A program made the translations under genes and the position numbers. Below the pieces are notes generated by a model. It was given only the letters and a program-made list of their open reading frames with translations, was not told the origin of the DNA and did not search any database. Positions 13,601 to 26,443 of a stretch of DNA of 64,000 nt are shown here, in pieces; the first letter of the stretch is position 1, and every line of letters starts with the position of its first letter. Source of the stretch: Mytilus californianus (taxonomy: Eukaryota); contig NW_026262678.1 in assembly GCF_021869535.1 (NCBI RefSeq), forward strand, positions 558,001 to 622,000, read 5' to 3'.

Positions 13601-13719
13601 CAGATTGCGATAATGTTTCCATAACTTCATCTCTTGTTCGCATGTGTGTTTGCTGCCCTTATGTCACATACATCGATCTGACAAGAGATGATTGTGCATG
13701 CACAGAAATGGGGTTTTGA
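7587..13719 (+). CDS. Secreted BRICHOS-like precursor with furin site and 8-Cys C-terminal domain (262 aa, 6 coding exons)
   Basis: Exons 7587-7652, 8189-8329, 9624-9734, 10824-11025, 12537-12654 and 13569-13719. All introns are GT-AG with phases 0,0,0,1,2. They total 789 nt with no internal stop. Protein: MRWIIMILTNILCLLVVTA-YEM...SMQDFQKGQQITCIPSLHQCRF...VDQYILEEDLREFYHGFGFPLYK...GRRVKR-SFTRLEVDC...CVCCP...CACTEMGF*. Confidence 0.85.
8189..8329 (+). CDS. Gene 1 coding exon 2
   Basis: tttcag|KLGYQIKDGN...SMQDFQK|gtttgt, 141 nt, phase 0-0. Confidence 0.8.
8804..9083 (+). repeat. 39-bp minisatellite, about 7.2 copies, intronic
   Basis: Consensus cgagatgaatcaaggtgaaaatccatgggcaatcactat. Units start at 8804, 8843, 8882, 8920, 8959, 8998 and 9037. 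Confidence 0.95.
9624..9734 (+). CDS. Gene 1 coding exon 3
   Basis: ttacag|GQQITCIPSLHQCRF...FIQSL|gtaaga, 111 nt, phase 0-0. Confidence 0.85.
10824..11025 (+). CDS. Gene 1 coding exon 4 (absent from the ORF track)
   Basis: tttttag|FNKGYSKPEAH...NITRFKA-G|gtacgt, 202 nt, phase 0-1. Confidence 0.85.
12537..12654 (+). CDS. Gene 1 coding exon 5: furin site and start of the mature domain
   Basis: ttttccag|GRRVKRSFTRLEVDC...IKICN-G|gtaaga, 118 nt, phase 1-2. Confidence 0.85.
13569..13719 (+). CDS. Gene 1 last exon: Cys-rich C-terminus
   Basis: ttttatag|a then AARINGQMVFPDC...CVCCP...CACTEMGF-TGA. Confidence 0.85.
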
Positions 13720-13770
13720 CTTGGAAGGTACCATGAGATGGAACGAGCGAAAATTATATCATAATCAACA

Positions 13771-13776
13771 AATAAA
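13771..13776 (+). terminator. Candidate polyadenylation signal of gene 1
   Basis: AATAAA about 50 nt after the stop codon. The motif is common in AT-rich DNA. Confidence 0.4.
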
Positions 13777-15944
13777 AAATATTACTTGTTATTCATGTAT
13801 TATTTGCATGTTGTTTTGTTGAACAAATGAGGTATTCAATTGGTATATCTGTAGAAAAAGTTAAACATAGATACTAGAACTTTGAATAATAAATTATCTG
13901 ATGCTGTTAACGGATATTTTACCATTTGAAGATGAATCTAAATATATATAAAATTGTGATCTTTTTATAACTTGATAACAATCCGAGATCATACCCTTCA
14001 ATGTAGCAAAAAGCTGCGTTTAATCTTTAAAATTGTTTCATATTTTCATATTTTGACTTCGTGTATGCCTTCTTTTATTTCAAGAAATCAGCCTCGATAC
14101 CGTATCATCTTGGATTCTACTACATTGCATTTGAAAATGACAATTATACTTTTTTACAAAGCTGCCTTACTTTCAAATCTTTCAAGTAATTTGCATAAAC
14201 AATGATACCATAAGATATACGGGACTAAGTTTGAACTACTAAGAGAAAACTATACAGCCAAATCAACCAGCGATCATATAAATACCAGTTATCTGTTATT
14301 TCCAGCGTAAAAAAATGTTCTCTCTTTGATAATTAACTGAAAAAACTATACAAAACAATAGCCGTATACATTGCATACAACACAATGGAAAGACATCAAA
14401 AAAGTTAGAATACCACTTGATTTGATCTTTACTTCAACAACCTCTGGCATGTCAAAGACTAAACCTTGTGCTGTCAAATTTTGGAGTGTTCTGCTCTCTC
14501 TACTTATTTAATATCCGACTTTGAGGAATGAATCAGTAAATCTTATCAAAGGAATAAATTACTTATAGAGAGGATCTAATCAATTTATCTAAACCAAAGA
14601 TAAAATGCTCTTATTCATCTGTATGTATTTTCTTTACGTTTTGAAAAAAGTAAAAAATAGGTTGGTCAACAGAGCAATGCCTTTGAAAACTACAAAGTAT
14701 CGTACTTTTTAACATTTTAAACAAACCAATCTAGTTGTATTCAAGAACGATGCTTGTCCTTGCTAAGGTTGTGTATAATTTGCCAACCGGGTTACATTTT
14801 CTTCATATGATATTGAAATATTAAGTGCATATAAGTGAATTGATTGTATTTCTTAATACTATCTATCACTCAATTTGAAAAAAAAGTTGATTAAAATTTT
14901 GTAGATTCATCATTGAGTTAATGTGACATGTTGGATATAAGTCACGTTTGTTAAAGAAAACATAGAATTACTAGCAGTGCTGAATTCAATTGTTTACTCT
15001 TATTGTCTGTTTCACATATTGGAATTAAATAAACTGGTAATAAACTGATTTTATCAACTTTTATTACAAAACATACTAGTCGAAACAAGATAATGGTCCT
15101 TTTACATCTAACTTTCTGAAGTTGTGAACCAGCTTAGTTGAGTATCTGCTAAATTAAATCAATTGTAGTAAATAAATCAAAATAAACAAACTGCAGGAAA
15201 CTTAAAAAGTATTGACACCGTTTGCGTTTCTTGTAATACATGCATTACTTTTCATGCAAATCCAAATTCCGTTGTTGTTTTGTACAGGTAAATTGCATTA
15301 AATGAAAAAGGCGAATAAAGCATAACAAACAAACAAAAAAGAAGCTAAAGGTACCAAATAGAATATTGAAACTCATCATTCCTACCGAAATAGACTACAA
15401 GCAGTTTGTATGAACAGAACCAAATTTACAGCAGCGAAAAGGTCTTAAAATGAACTGAAAGACTGAACATGACTTAAAAATGTATTACTAAGGTTTTAAA
15501 TTCATAAAATAATGAATTGTCTTTTTAATTATGTATCAACAACATTACATCATTATAACTTCAAAACCTAACGCTGACCTTTTGCAAATAACCTATTACA
15601 TGAAGCGAGTTGTTGTAAAAAAGTTAAATTGAGGTTGAATTACTGCTGAAATAGCGCATGCATCATGTTTATTGCCAAATCGTACCAAATAAACAATTTC
15701 ATGAACTGTTGTAACAGTACAATTACAACAAAGTACTGTGATAACATATAACAAACGGTCGCAGATACATTTGTATTTATCTATTTCCCATTTGTGTTGA
15801 CATCCCGCAGAATAGGGATCTAAGTCGATAGATTATTTTTTAATCATTTGCCAAATGTGTCAAAATGTAGTTCATGTAATGTTTTTAACATAAAATATCA
15901 CAAGTATTCAACACATAGCTTTTGTAAAAAAGTAGAATAAAAGA

Positions 15945-16480
15945 AATCCGAACTGCAAGGGAAATTCAAAACGGAAAGTCCTTTATAAAATGGCAAGATC
16001 AAAAGCTTAAAAACATCTACCGAATGGAAAACAACTGTCATATTCCTGACTTGGTACAGGCATTTCCTTATGTAGAAAATGGTGAATTAGACCTGGTTTT
16101 ATAGCTAGCTAAACCTCTCACTTGTATGACAGTCGCATTGAACTCAATTATATTGACAACAATGTGTGAGCAAAACAAACAGATATAATAGGAAAAACGT
16201 CAAAAATTGGGGTACAACAGTCAAAATTGTAATATAATCCTAATCACTATAAAAACAAATAACAGTTCAAACAAAGAAACACAAAATGGCTTAAAGTACA
16301 TATTAAGCAAAAATGAAAGACAAGAATTCAAAATAGGACAATTACACAATGACGGGATGTATAAGTACCGAGCCACGTCATATGTATATAATCAAAAATG
16401 GACTAAAAAGTGTAGGTTAAAAATATACAAGGGCAAACCAAGGAAACTTATACACGTAATTAAGATGATAAACAATGTCA
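15945..16480 (+). repeat. High-copy dispersed repeat (acaactgtcatattcctgacttggtacaggcat family)
   Basis: The same core occurs at 50285-50545 (minus), 55560-55700 and 59210-59330. Confidence 0.75.
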
Positions 16481-17250
16481 GTACCAACAATCTATACTTC
16501 AAGACCATCATGTATACGGAATATTCATCAACAAGGTCTTGGTATCTTCCAATGAACTTTTTTAGAAAAAGGATGAGAGGTTCTTTGACATAACGCAGAC
16601 TCTGGTGACATTTTATAAAGTCTTAGTAGCAGCTGCAAGCTCTTGCATACCGAATGAGTTGGGAAATGTATATCCCATATGCAGGTGAAGTTTGTATATT
16701 GCTGCTAAGGTTGGGAAAATTTATAATTTCAAAATTAAAATCGTCTTGCTTGTCATATATTCTGGTATTGAGATGACTGCTTATTTCAAATTCGAGGTAT
16801 AAGTTTAAAAATGAGGAATGCCGACAACTTGTTGAAAAAGTCTACCTCCAAATTCAACAAATATGTTGTCAATGTGAAACTCCAGCATACTGATCACTTG
16901 TTCCTCTGTGTAGCATGTTTTACCTTTTTGTTCACTCTTAACAAAATATGCCGTATGGTATCCCAAAGCAATAAATTTATACCGTATGCTGCAATTTTTT
17001 TTATTGAAAAGCAGTGTGGATTATTTTTTTTAGACGATTTATCAATTTCACATGGGGAATGGTGGTATACAGGTTGAAAAATCAAACGTTTTGATAAAAT
17101 TAATTTCAGAGAACGATCCAGATTTAAAATTATCAAGAGTTTTTTAGAGTTTTTTAGAATCTACATATGGTTAATACCACTACGCGAGTAAACAGTTTCA
17201 GTATTTCGGAAGACCCTCTTTCACAGCGAATAGAATTTCTGTCAATCTGA
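16480..17250 (-). mobile_element. Internally deleted Penelope-like RT retroelement fragment
   Basis: Minus strand gives FGGRLFQQVVGIP, then after a deletion YDKQDDFNFEIINFPNLSSNIQTSPAYGIYISQLIRYARAC-like sequence. The RT core between them is missing. Confidence 0.7.
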
Positions 17251-19167
17251 TGAACAATGCCTTTGTAGAACATGCAGATGAGCCGGCAATGTACAAGTTA
17301 CAGGCTTTGCAAAATTATCAGATTTTTTTTATCGATTATACATGGAAAAACCAATTAAGTTTGATAGAAAGACAACTTAACAATATGACTTTAAGATTAA
17401 ATAATAAGAAAAAAATAATTCTTATTATATGCTTTCAGACAATAAAAATACGTTTCCATACAGCAGACAAAATAGGTTAATACCCTACATATTTCTTTAT
17501 AACAGTAAGGTTATTTGAGTTAGATCCCTTTATATGGCAAGATTGACAAATATAAAATCATACAAGACATTATCTGTATTAAAAAAAAAATAGTATTAAT
17601 AATAAGATAAACCACATAAAGTTCGTCATTTAGATGAAAAATCTTACAAATAAATTACACTCTTAAAATCTGTATTTTTTATCAAAGATCTAGATCGATC
17701 GAGTTCTGTTATTTAAATGTATTTTTCCAATTTTTGAAAGAATATTGTCTGTAATCTATCACTGTATGGTGTATTTCCATGCATACATTTGAGTCCAATT
17801 ATAACTGGATAAATTGACCACAGAGTCAGGTTATTTAGAAAAAAAAATCTTAATATTACTACTTCTAGTAGTGCCCACATACATGTAATAACCTAATTTC
17901 AAACGCCAGTCAACGATGGAATTTCTATTGCACGCTTTTTCTGTGTGATAATGAGTCTGATTGAAAATATGGCGATATTTCAAACGTATTTTAAATTATA
18001 TATTGATGTAATTAAAGTCAGCGCAACATCCAGAATCAATCTAATATTAAATCGAATATGAGTTTCATTGTTTAACTTCCTGCTATGTATTTGATTTAAA
18101 AAAAATCTACATTGAAGTTTTCGAGTTTTCAATTGTTGTTCATCTGTATTTCAATTACCTTTTTAAATAGTTGACTTCGAATAATTAAACACGGATTAGT
18201 AGTGGAGCAGATGTCCCTGTAACTTTATTGAATGACGATAATACAAAGTTATAGGTATTTATAAAATCAAAGCAAACATACATTGCTCCGTAAACACATT
18301 TTTCTTATGTTTTTTCAAAGACATAATTTAACTGTGTAAAATGGGAGATAACTGCAAATATATTTTCAGATATGACTTCAGAGACGACTTCTAATTAATA
18401 CTGTTATTGAAATCAACAGATTGGTATAAAATCAGACAATATATTTGTAAACATTCCCCATTTCCATTCTCAATTTTATTGTAAATGTGTTATCTCTTTG
18501 TCGAATCATCCAGTTTTGATTATCTGCCATCTTGTTATGTGTTTGCCGATTTTGTTGTTCAGTGATAGTGTTGTACCTCCGTCGCACAATGTTTAAGACT
18601 TTGTACAACTGGGTCACCTATTCTTTACAAAAAAAATGAAAATTCTTGTGTTTGTTTATTGCCTTTATTTGTTGAATAAGACCGGCGTTATTATACATTG
18701 TATGATGTGTAGTGGCATGTTGATAAAATAATGTGTATTTGTCTGTCGTAAACACGGTGTAAAGGATGAAAATACTTATGTCTTTAATTATTTCCTTGAT
18801 AGAGGGTTGGTGTTCGCCTACAAGAAATTTATTGAACATATGGTTTGTATTTGTAGCATTCGAAATGAAAAAGACTTCATCATGGTAGGCCTTTAATAAA
18901 CATCTGGGTCATAATCAAACATGGATATGTTCAAATTGCTGGTACCACAATCCGGTCTTCTCTTCATTGATTATGACGTCACTGAATACGGCTATTATTA
19001 TACACCGAGGTTTCAATTGTTATAACCAACAAGACTGGTGTCATAAGTGAGGAAAGATCTGTTTACCCTCCGGGAAAACAATTGCCGAAGAAATGAAAAT
19101 TAAATAAACACGCAACGTCAACAAATGAGGAAGTAAGCGATATACTTTTATAATCACAAACAAACTT

Positions 19168-19690
19168 GAGGTGGATCATTGGTATATTTTACTTAAGATT
19201 GAATTTTCTTATACTTTGCCAATATGTAGATTTTTTCTTGCTTTTTTCAAAAATATAATAAAAAGTATGGGTCACTGTGCTATTTTTCAAGCTACAAGTC
19301 GTCGAAAATTGTCCAAATTTGCAGAGATTGTTCATGAAAAAAACACTTTTTTTTAATAAAAAGAAATCTATGAGATAACATTTTGAAATAAAATATGAGA
19401 AGATAGGTTTTAGAATATGCTTTAAGAAAGGAAAAAGTAAAAAATGGTGTCACCGACCTCGTTCTTGCTAAAAGTAAACATTGAAAATTTCTCTATTATT
19501 CCTTTATAAAGTATTTCACTTTTGATTTATCTCCCCTAAAATGTCTAAGCTGACAATTTGATTCGAACAAACACAAATATTTGGTATTTGATATATCAGT
19601 CTAAATAATGCAATAAATCAACTATGTTTTATACCAATAAACAGTATAACCCATTAATTGCCAATCTATCTCAAAATACAGTCAGTAGTT
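19168..19690 (+). mobile_element. Diverged non-autonomous DNA-element copy; an inverted partner lies at about 25920-26443
   Basis: aggtggatc...aaaagtatgggtcac...gctacaagtcgtc...aagaaatctatgagata...gataggtttta is the reverse complement of the 26-kb copy. Confidence 0.65.
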
Positions 19691-22401
19691 GTATATTTCA
19701 GGACAGTTTGTATATTATAACAAAACCTATTTGACTGCATCATCCAACACCGACCATATTTGTACTTTATATTGAAAAGAATGAGACGGTATGATCGGGG
19801 AATAGAACACTGACTGAATGTCAGTATATCATGTCGGTTGATTTATCGATTGTTGGTTACTAAACGTCCTGGGGCAAATATTTCACTCATTTTCAGGACG
19901 ATGTTATTATGTCGGACGACCCACATATCCTTTATAATCGGTAAAAATGAATCTGCCGAAATTGACGAGACTATAACTATATTAAATACTAAACTATACG
20001 ACACCTTATATATCCGGATACTATACAACTTTCGTTTGAACATTTTGTCTGAAATAAAATTTTAAATCAAAGGCAAACAAAGAGAATTACGATTAAAAAT
20101 CCTTGTAATGCGTAGAATTATATTGAGGAGACTGAAAAAACTTGGAAACAAAGCAACATAAAAAATAATGTTTATAAACCATCATATAAAAAAAAACTTC
20201 CAATGTGTTGGGTAACTTTTTTATCCGCCTTCACATTAGAAAAAAACTTTCCCTTCTTTCATGATATCTGCATAGTTATAATTATTTCTATCAACAATTT
20301 TGAAAATACAAACCATTATTTTATGTATACGAGAATAAAGAATGAAAGGTTGTTAATGTGTATAGGAAATCTTTTCAAAAACGGACTGGTTTGAAAAGTC
20401 TGTGACTTGCAATATCCGAGATGATAACTGTTAGTATGTATTAGTTATGAAAAGGGATTTCTAAAGGTGATCTCCAAACATAAGTTGAACAGAGAATGAA
20501 GTTTGAAAGGGTGATGAATAAACCTTCGTACAAATGTGATGAATTTCTAACGGTTTTTGTTTCAATAGCAGGAGGTCATTAATAGAGACAACTTGTAGGT
20601 AGGGGATGTATAATGACCATGACTGCGTCTACGTCGAAAATTAGAGTGGAACATGTTCATCACATTCACCGAGATACAGGAAGAACTAGATAGAGTACCT
20701 ATACCATCAATGTTGTCATTGTAACAATATGGTGTCGCAGTTCCCAATTTTGGAATCCAGATAGTCTTCATTTGTATATAGAGAGGTCATTTAAGATGAT
20801 GGATTTTGTTTTCGATGATGCGAACTTTCATAGAAAGGTTTTAACGATCAGACTGATTAAAATGCTGGTAAACAATATCGCTTGCATTGTTGCTGATGTC
20901 TAATCTATGACCGAATAAACGTTTATTAAGCATACCCTTCATTCACTGACATATACCAATCCGCAAAGGTTACACTGTAAGATTTGTTGATTTACAATCA
21001 TCGCTTCTGGAAAAGTATTTTTTTTTATTCAAGTTAATTGAAAATTAAGTATCTGTTATTAAAATTTTACTGGTTTCGCAGTTTTTTTGGTTTCACAATT
21101 AGAAATGAGAAAGTGCTCTGTAGAGTCATTTAAGTCCAAAATATCTTATAGAAGAGCTGAACACGGCTGTGTACGAATATTTTTACATAATTGTCATTAA
21201 TGTGATGATCTTAATGTGTCATATTTGAGGTTTTTGTCATGTCTGTTGATAAGGGCACACCTGCTATTTCAGACGACACCGTGTGTAAATCTAAGAATGT
21301 AGTTTGTTATCCATATCAAATGCAATTTTCGTAACAATGCAAAAAATGTAGACGGTAACATTTATCTCACATATTTTTCAATTGGGTCAAGAATTAAAAT
21401 AGTGTAAAAGTAGATAGTAATATAGATAAGAGCAATCGGTCAGTAATGTAATTGTGCTTTACCTGTATTTTATTATCGTCTCGTTTATCTTTCCCCGTGA
21501 ATAAGTATTGAATTGTTGGTTCTGAATTTCAAGTTAGACATGAATAAATTATTCAGTGTTAATTGAGAAGTAACGAAATTACCTTATAGACAGCTAGTAT
21601 TGGTCTATCATTAAAAAAATGCTCAACTTAAACATGATTTATGAATGTGCTTGAACATAAATAATTGAACTAATTTGTTTTATAATCTGTTCCATCATAG
21701 GGTAGAATATGGAAAAAAATATCAACCGTTAAAATTATAAAAGTCATTATATTTTAGATAATCAAAACTTTATACACAGTATTTCTGAATAGATGACAGT
21801 CACATTTTCATTGTTATCATATACTTTTGAAGAACGGATTCAAAATATTGCTTTGTTAGTTTAATATGACGAAAAATGTTGGAACTGATCAAAGCTCCCA
21901 TTTCTTCCAACCGTATAGTTCAATCGTCACATTCTATTTGTCAAAACATATTGAAATTGTATTAACCTGATAACAATTACATATTCGAACATTAAACACA
22001 CAATGACATGAGAAGAGTACTTAAATTCATTTGATAAACAAGCACATGCTTAGCTCTTCGTATGAGTCGTGGTTAATTACTAGGTAAATCATTCACACAA
22101 TAATATATATACCGTAACTTCCAACATTGGCATGGCGAACGATTAGAATACACAAACACCGTAGGATAGGCACAATGTAACATTACCTACTATCCAAAAC
22201 AGGAAAATTAACCATTAGGAACGAAAAATCGTATAAAGGCACTAGTGTACAAAATAAGTATCTGAAAACGACCGAAATTGTTTTTTTGTTTTTGTTTTTG
22301 GACAGGGTCAATTGGCTAGACCATCATAAAATTCATTTTACATGTATTATGTATGCGTTTCTCTAAACATTTCAACCTCATAGAAACACAATTCTTATAA
22401 C

Positions 22402-22558
22402 TTGAACCAAACCGAAGTGTGGTACAAATAAGTATGACAAACGGAATAGCGATTTTTAAACACACTAATTTTGAAAGATGTAAAGATGTTTCTGTGGTTT
22501 TTTTCAATTACCATCTTGTATGTCCAACATTTTTGTACCACACTTTGGTTTGGTTCAA
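22402..22558. repeat. 157-bp unit bounded by 27-bp inverted repeats (mini-MITE-like)
   Basis: ttgaaccaaaccgaagtgtggtacaaa (22402-22428) pairs with tttgtaccacactttggtttggttcaa (22532-22558) at 26/27 positions. Confidence 0.8.
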
Positions 22559-25500
22559 AATAGAAGATGTATCGGACTTTAAGCCTTTCAAGCTATATTA
22601 CAGGACATTGAGAGCGAACAATGTGAGGTTTATATGAAACAGGTATTGTATTACGGGCATTGACCTTGAATATTTGTGGATATCAATGTGAATTCTTGTT
22701 GAAAACAAGTGTTGCTGAAAAAAAACTGCATTGCGCCTTATAGCACAATTGGGAAAAATACTGAATCAAGAAGACAAATGTCAATTAATGGCAGTTGAAA
22801 TCTAGTTGGGAATGCGGCTTCTAAAGTGCTTATTATTCATGAACTTGTGGTACATTTCCACAAAAGAAAAGCATTAGATTAGAATCGCAATATCGGCATA
22901 TTAAACCAATAGGTAGTGCAATCGATAAAATCTTAAATAAACTGCCCAACAGTGATAATGCACGTGATATACATACGAAGGTGATATCATGTATCGATTC
23001 AACCATTTTTAAACATTTGATTAAGTGGTTTTGCGCAATGAAAAAAAAATATATAAAAAGGTGTTTCATACAATTTCATTTACGAAATGAGTGGGGCGTT
23101 AGAAGATTTTATGAACGGGAAAATTCACAACCCGCAAAAAAAAAACCAAATGATAATTGATCCATAATGTATTACTAGTATAACTAAACAAAATAAAAAC
23201 CTTAGGCTGTGTCAGATTTTTTCAGTTTGTGAAACTGTCAAAAAGCTGAGGTAAACTATGTACAGTAAAAGTGCTTATATATTTCGCAGTTCGTCTACCA
23301 TTCATTGCAATTTGAGAATTCTTTTTAATTAGTGGGATACCAATATTCATAGATTTCTTGGGTAAAATGTTTATAATCGAAATACACATTTATTTAAGGC
23401 GTGTGTGCAAACATTTGTAAGACCAGATTGCATATACACTTTAACGCCAGGAATGTGAACTGCTGAATTTGAAAAAGAAATAATCCAGTCTAACCATTGA
23501 ATAACAAATCCTTGTTTTGGATCCTTTTTTTATTGGAAATGTCGTCACTTGTTAATTGAAATCTGTTGGTCAACTAATTTGCTTTCCACTAGGTTTGCTA
23601 ATGAAATGAATTTGTCCCGCGGATAGCTTGTTCAAAAACCGTCCTGTCAAAAATCTTGTTTTAAATTTCGATCAATGCACATTTCTCGAAAAGAAAACTG
23701 TCGGAATGGGTAACATGTAATGAACTTGTATCGCTAAACTGTGCAAATGCTGTAAAAATATTTCACAAATTAACTAATTAGAATATTTTGAATATTGAAC
23801 ATGCCTTGAAAAAGATGTGAATTTCAAAACCGTTGTCAGTTCGACCCATTGCGAATAAAAAACAAAGAATAAAAAAAATTCAGCATGTAAAATACAATTC
23901 AATATAAGAAATACTAATTCAATAAAAAAATTCAAAGTTTATCTACATTGGACATTGTTCAAATGCTACTGGGTAACCTTCATATCGATTTTTTAATATT
24001 AAGAAAATTAACGTGTCGTATTGATCTGTGTATTGCTTATACTCATTTCAAATATAATTAGATGTTACGATAAAACTTCGACGGATACATTTACATTAAT
24101 ATAGATGTAAGCTTGTTGATTCATGATATAAAACGATATACATTTAAATATAGATCATTCAAATGATGTTTAAGCTTTTCTACCGAACAAACATCAATTG
24201 TATTAGAAAAATCATCAAAATAATTTAGCAACCTGTCAATGGAAACACAATTTGGAAAAATGTAAACAAAGCTGTTTGTTACTGAAGGTAAGAATTTTGT
24301 TTTATTTTATCGAAAGCATGTTTTCAAATGTACGAAAGCAATTCGACTTGACACGGTTTAATGTAGTGCTCTTAATTCTGATTAATCAATGTTTTACATT
24401 GAAAAAATTATCAAAATAATAATATTTAGTGTATACTATTTCAGCGAAATTACACAATGTCTATTTCTTTAGATAAATGTTTATATTCTTTTAGCCTTTT
24501 TCATTTAAAGTTTTCATTATATTTTGTATACGGTCTTACTCCCCTCCCTTTTCCCCACTTTTCTGGATTTACTTTCACCAGGAACGCTCAAGGCCGAATA
24601 TTTGAAAGCCAAGGATGTATATGAGCCAAAACATTTGAACAAATTATAATGTGGGAGTCGTGTATCCTAAATTTATCCTAATCGGCGTTCTTTTTTTTTG
24701 GTGGGGGATATTAGATGAAATGAAATAGTCTAGTTTGAATAGATAATTTACTTTGTTCATCAATTCCTGTTCGTAATCAAAACTGTCAGACAACTTTCTT
24801 AAAATGTTAAATTCTCTAAATAAGAATGACTAATAAATATCAACTTATAAGCCATAAGACGGATGTAACTAGTAGAGCAGAATCTATTTCCGAAGCACCT
24901 AAAATCTATCCATGTTTTTCTTAAGTTCGTGTTCCTTAGTCCTTAGTGTTGTATGTATTTTTTTTTGGAGGCGGGGGGAGGGGGAGGTTATCTCGTCTGT
25001 CTTTTAGTCATTTTATTAGTGTTTTTTGTCATTTGTTTCTAAATGGACTTATCCTATGAAATAATGCTTCAAATTTTGTTTCCAATTATAATTTAACACT
25101 ATGATCATACCAAACAACAAATTAAAAAACCCAGCCTACAATATACACTTCAAAAGAATGAATATATAATCAATCAAGGGACTCACAAGTTTATTTATTT
25201 TTGCTATTGTTCATTGTCATACCAAATTGACATTTGAAATATTATCGTCCCGTTTTGATGTACTGTTTGCATACATTTAAACATGGCTTTTATAATTCTA
25301 ACACACCATATCATTTTAAGGTAATGAATAAATGTTAATAAATAAATCTATATTGAGATTACCGACCGTGCAAGACCCTCATGGGTAGTCAAGGTCGATT
25401 AAAAACCACCCTCGTTGTAGATTGAGATAGATTTATGATCGTTAATTAATAATATAAAACGATATACAATCAAATACAAATTATCGAAATGAATATTACC

Positions 25501-25919
25501 TTAAATCAACTATCACAAAATCAAGAATTTGATGATCAAATTAAAGATACTTTGCAAACTTGTTAAAGGGGCATTAGCTACGAGATATGAACAATACATT
25601 CACAAAACGAATTTAGAGAAAATCTTGCATTTTGCATGTATTATAATCAACAAGTCTTACTTTTCGAGCAGATTTCTACCCCCATCCCCCCTCAACCCCC
25701 CAAAAAAAAATTGCACAAAATAGCACTAAATGGTAAAACATGGTCAAATGTATACATGATCTCAATGTTTAAGGTATATTCACTGTATATCCTCATTTGG
25801 AATTGTACAATAGCAGTACAAAATCGGCTGTTGTCTGTTGTCTGCTCTTTGGTCGGGTCGTTGTCTCTTTGACACATTCCCCATTTCCAATCTCAATTTT
25901 ACTAGTTCTTTGCCTAATT

Positions 25920-26443
25920 TTGAAAATTTTGAAACAGATTTGCAATTTATGTGTAAGACCATTTATTTGTATAAAGAAACATAAGTGATTCATTGCATTA
26001 TCCAACATGTTTAAACACATACTAAATATTTGTCTTTTTCAAATCTATTTTTCAACTTAGCCATTTAAGGGGAGATAACTCTAATAGTAAAAGATTTATA
26101 CTGTAATGATAGTGAAATTTTTTTTTTTTACTTGTAGCAAGAAAACAAGTTCGGTGACATCCTTTATTCTTTTTATTTTCTGAAAGCATTTTATAAAACC
26201 TATCTTCTAATATTTTTTTTCAAAATTATATCTCATAGATTTCTTTTTATTCACAAACCTGTGTTTTTTAATGAAGACTCAATGCAAAATTGTACAATTT
26301 TAGACGACTTGTAGCTGGAAAAATAGCTTGGTGACCCATACTTTTTATCATATTTTTGGAAAAAGCATACTAGTAAAATCTTATTTTTAGAAAAGTACAA
26401 GAAAATTCTATGTGAGGAAATATATACCGAAGATCCACCTTAA
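25920..26443 (-). mobile_element. Inverted copy of the 19168-19690 element
   Basis: Ends in gatccaccttaa, and the internal blocks are reverse-complementary to the 19-kb copy. Confidence 0.65.

Noticed and set aside
16207-16593. 128-aa ORF
   Set aside because: It spans a high-copy repeat and the antisense strand of an RT fragment, and starts at TTG.
18432-18839. Two abutting minus-strand ORFs
   Set aside because: No recognisable motif or splice support, and one end overlaps a repeat remnant.
24240-24293. Possible non-coding first exon of gene 2 (GAAG|GTAAGA donor after a TGTAAACAAA FOX-like site)
   Set aside because: Plausible, but there is no independent support without transcripts.
26065-26443. 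TTAA-flanked Kolobok/piggyBac-type MITE
   Set aside because: Homology with the 19-kb copy continues past the left TTAA, so it is not a terminus, and the TIRs do not match.
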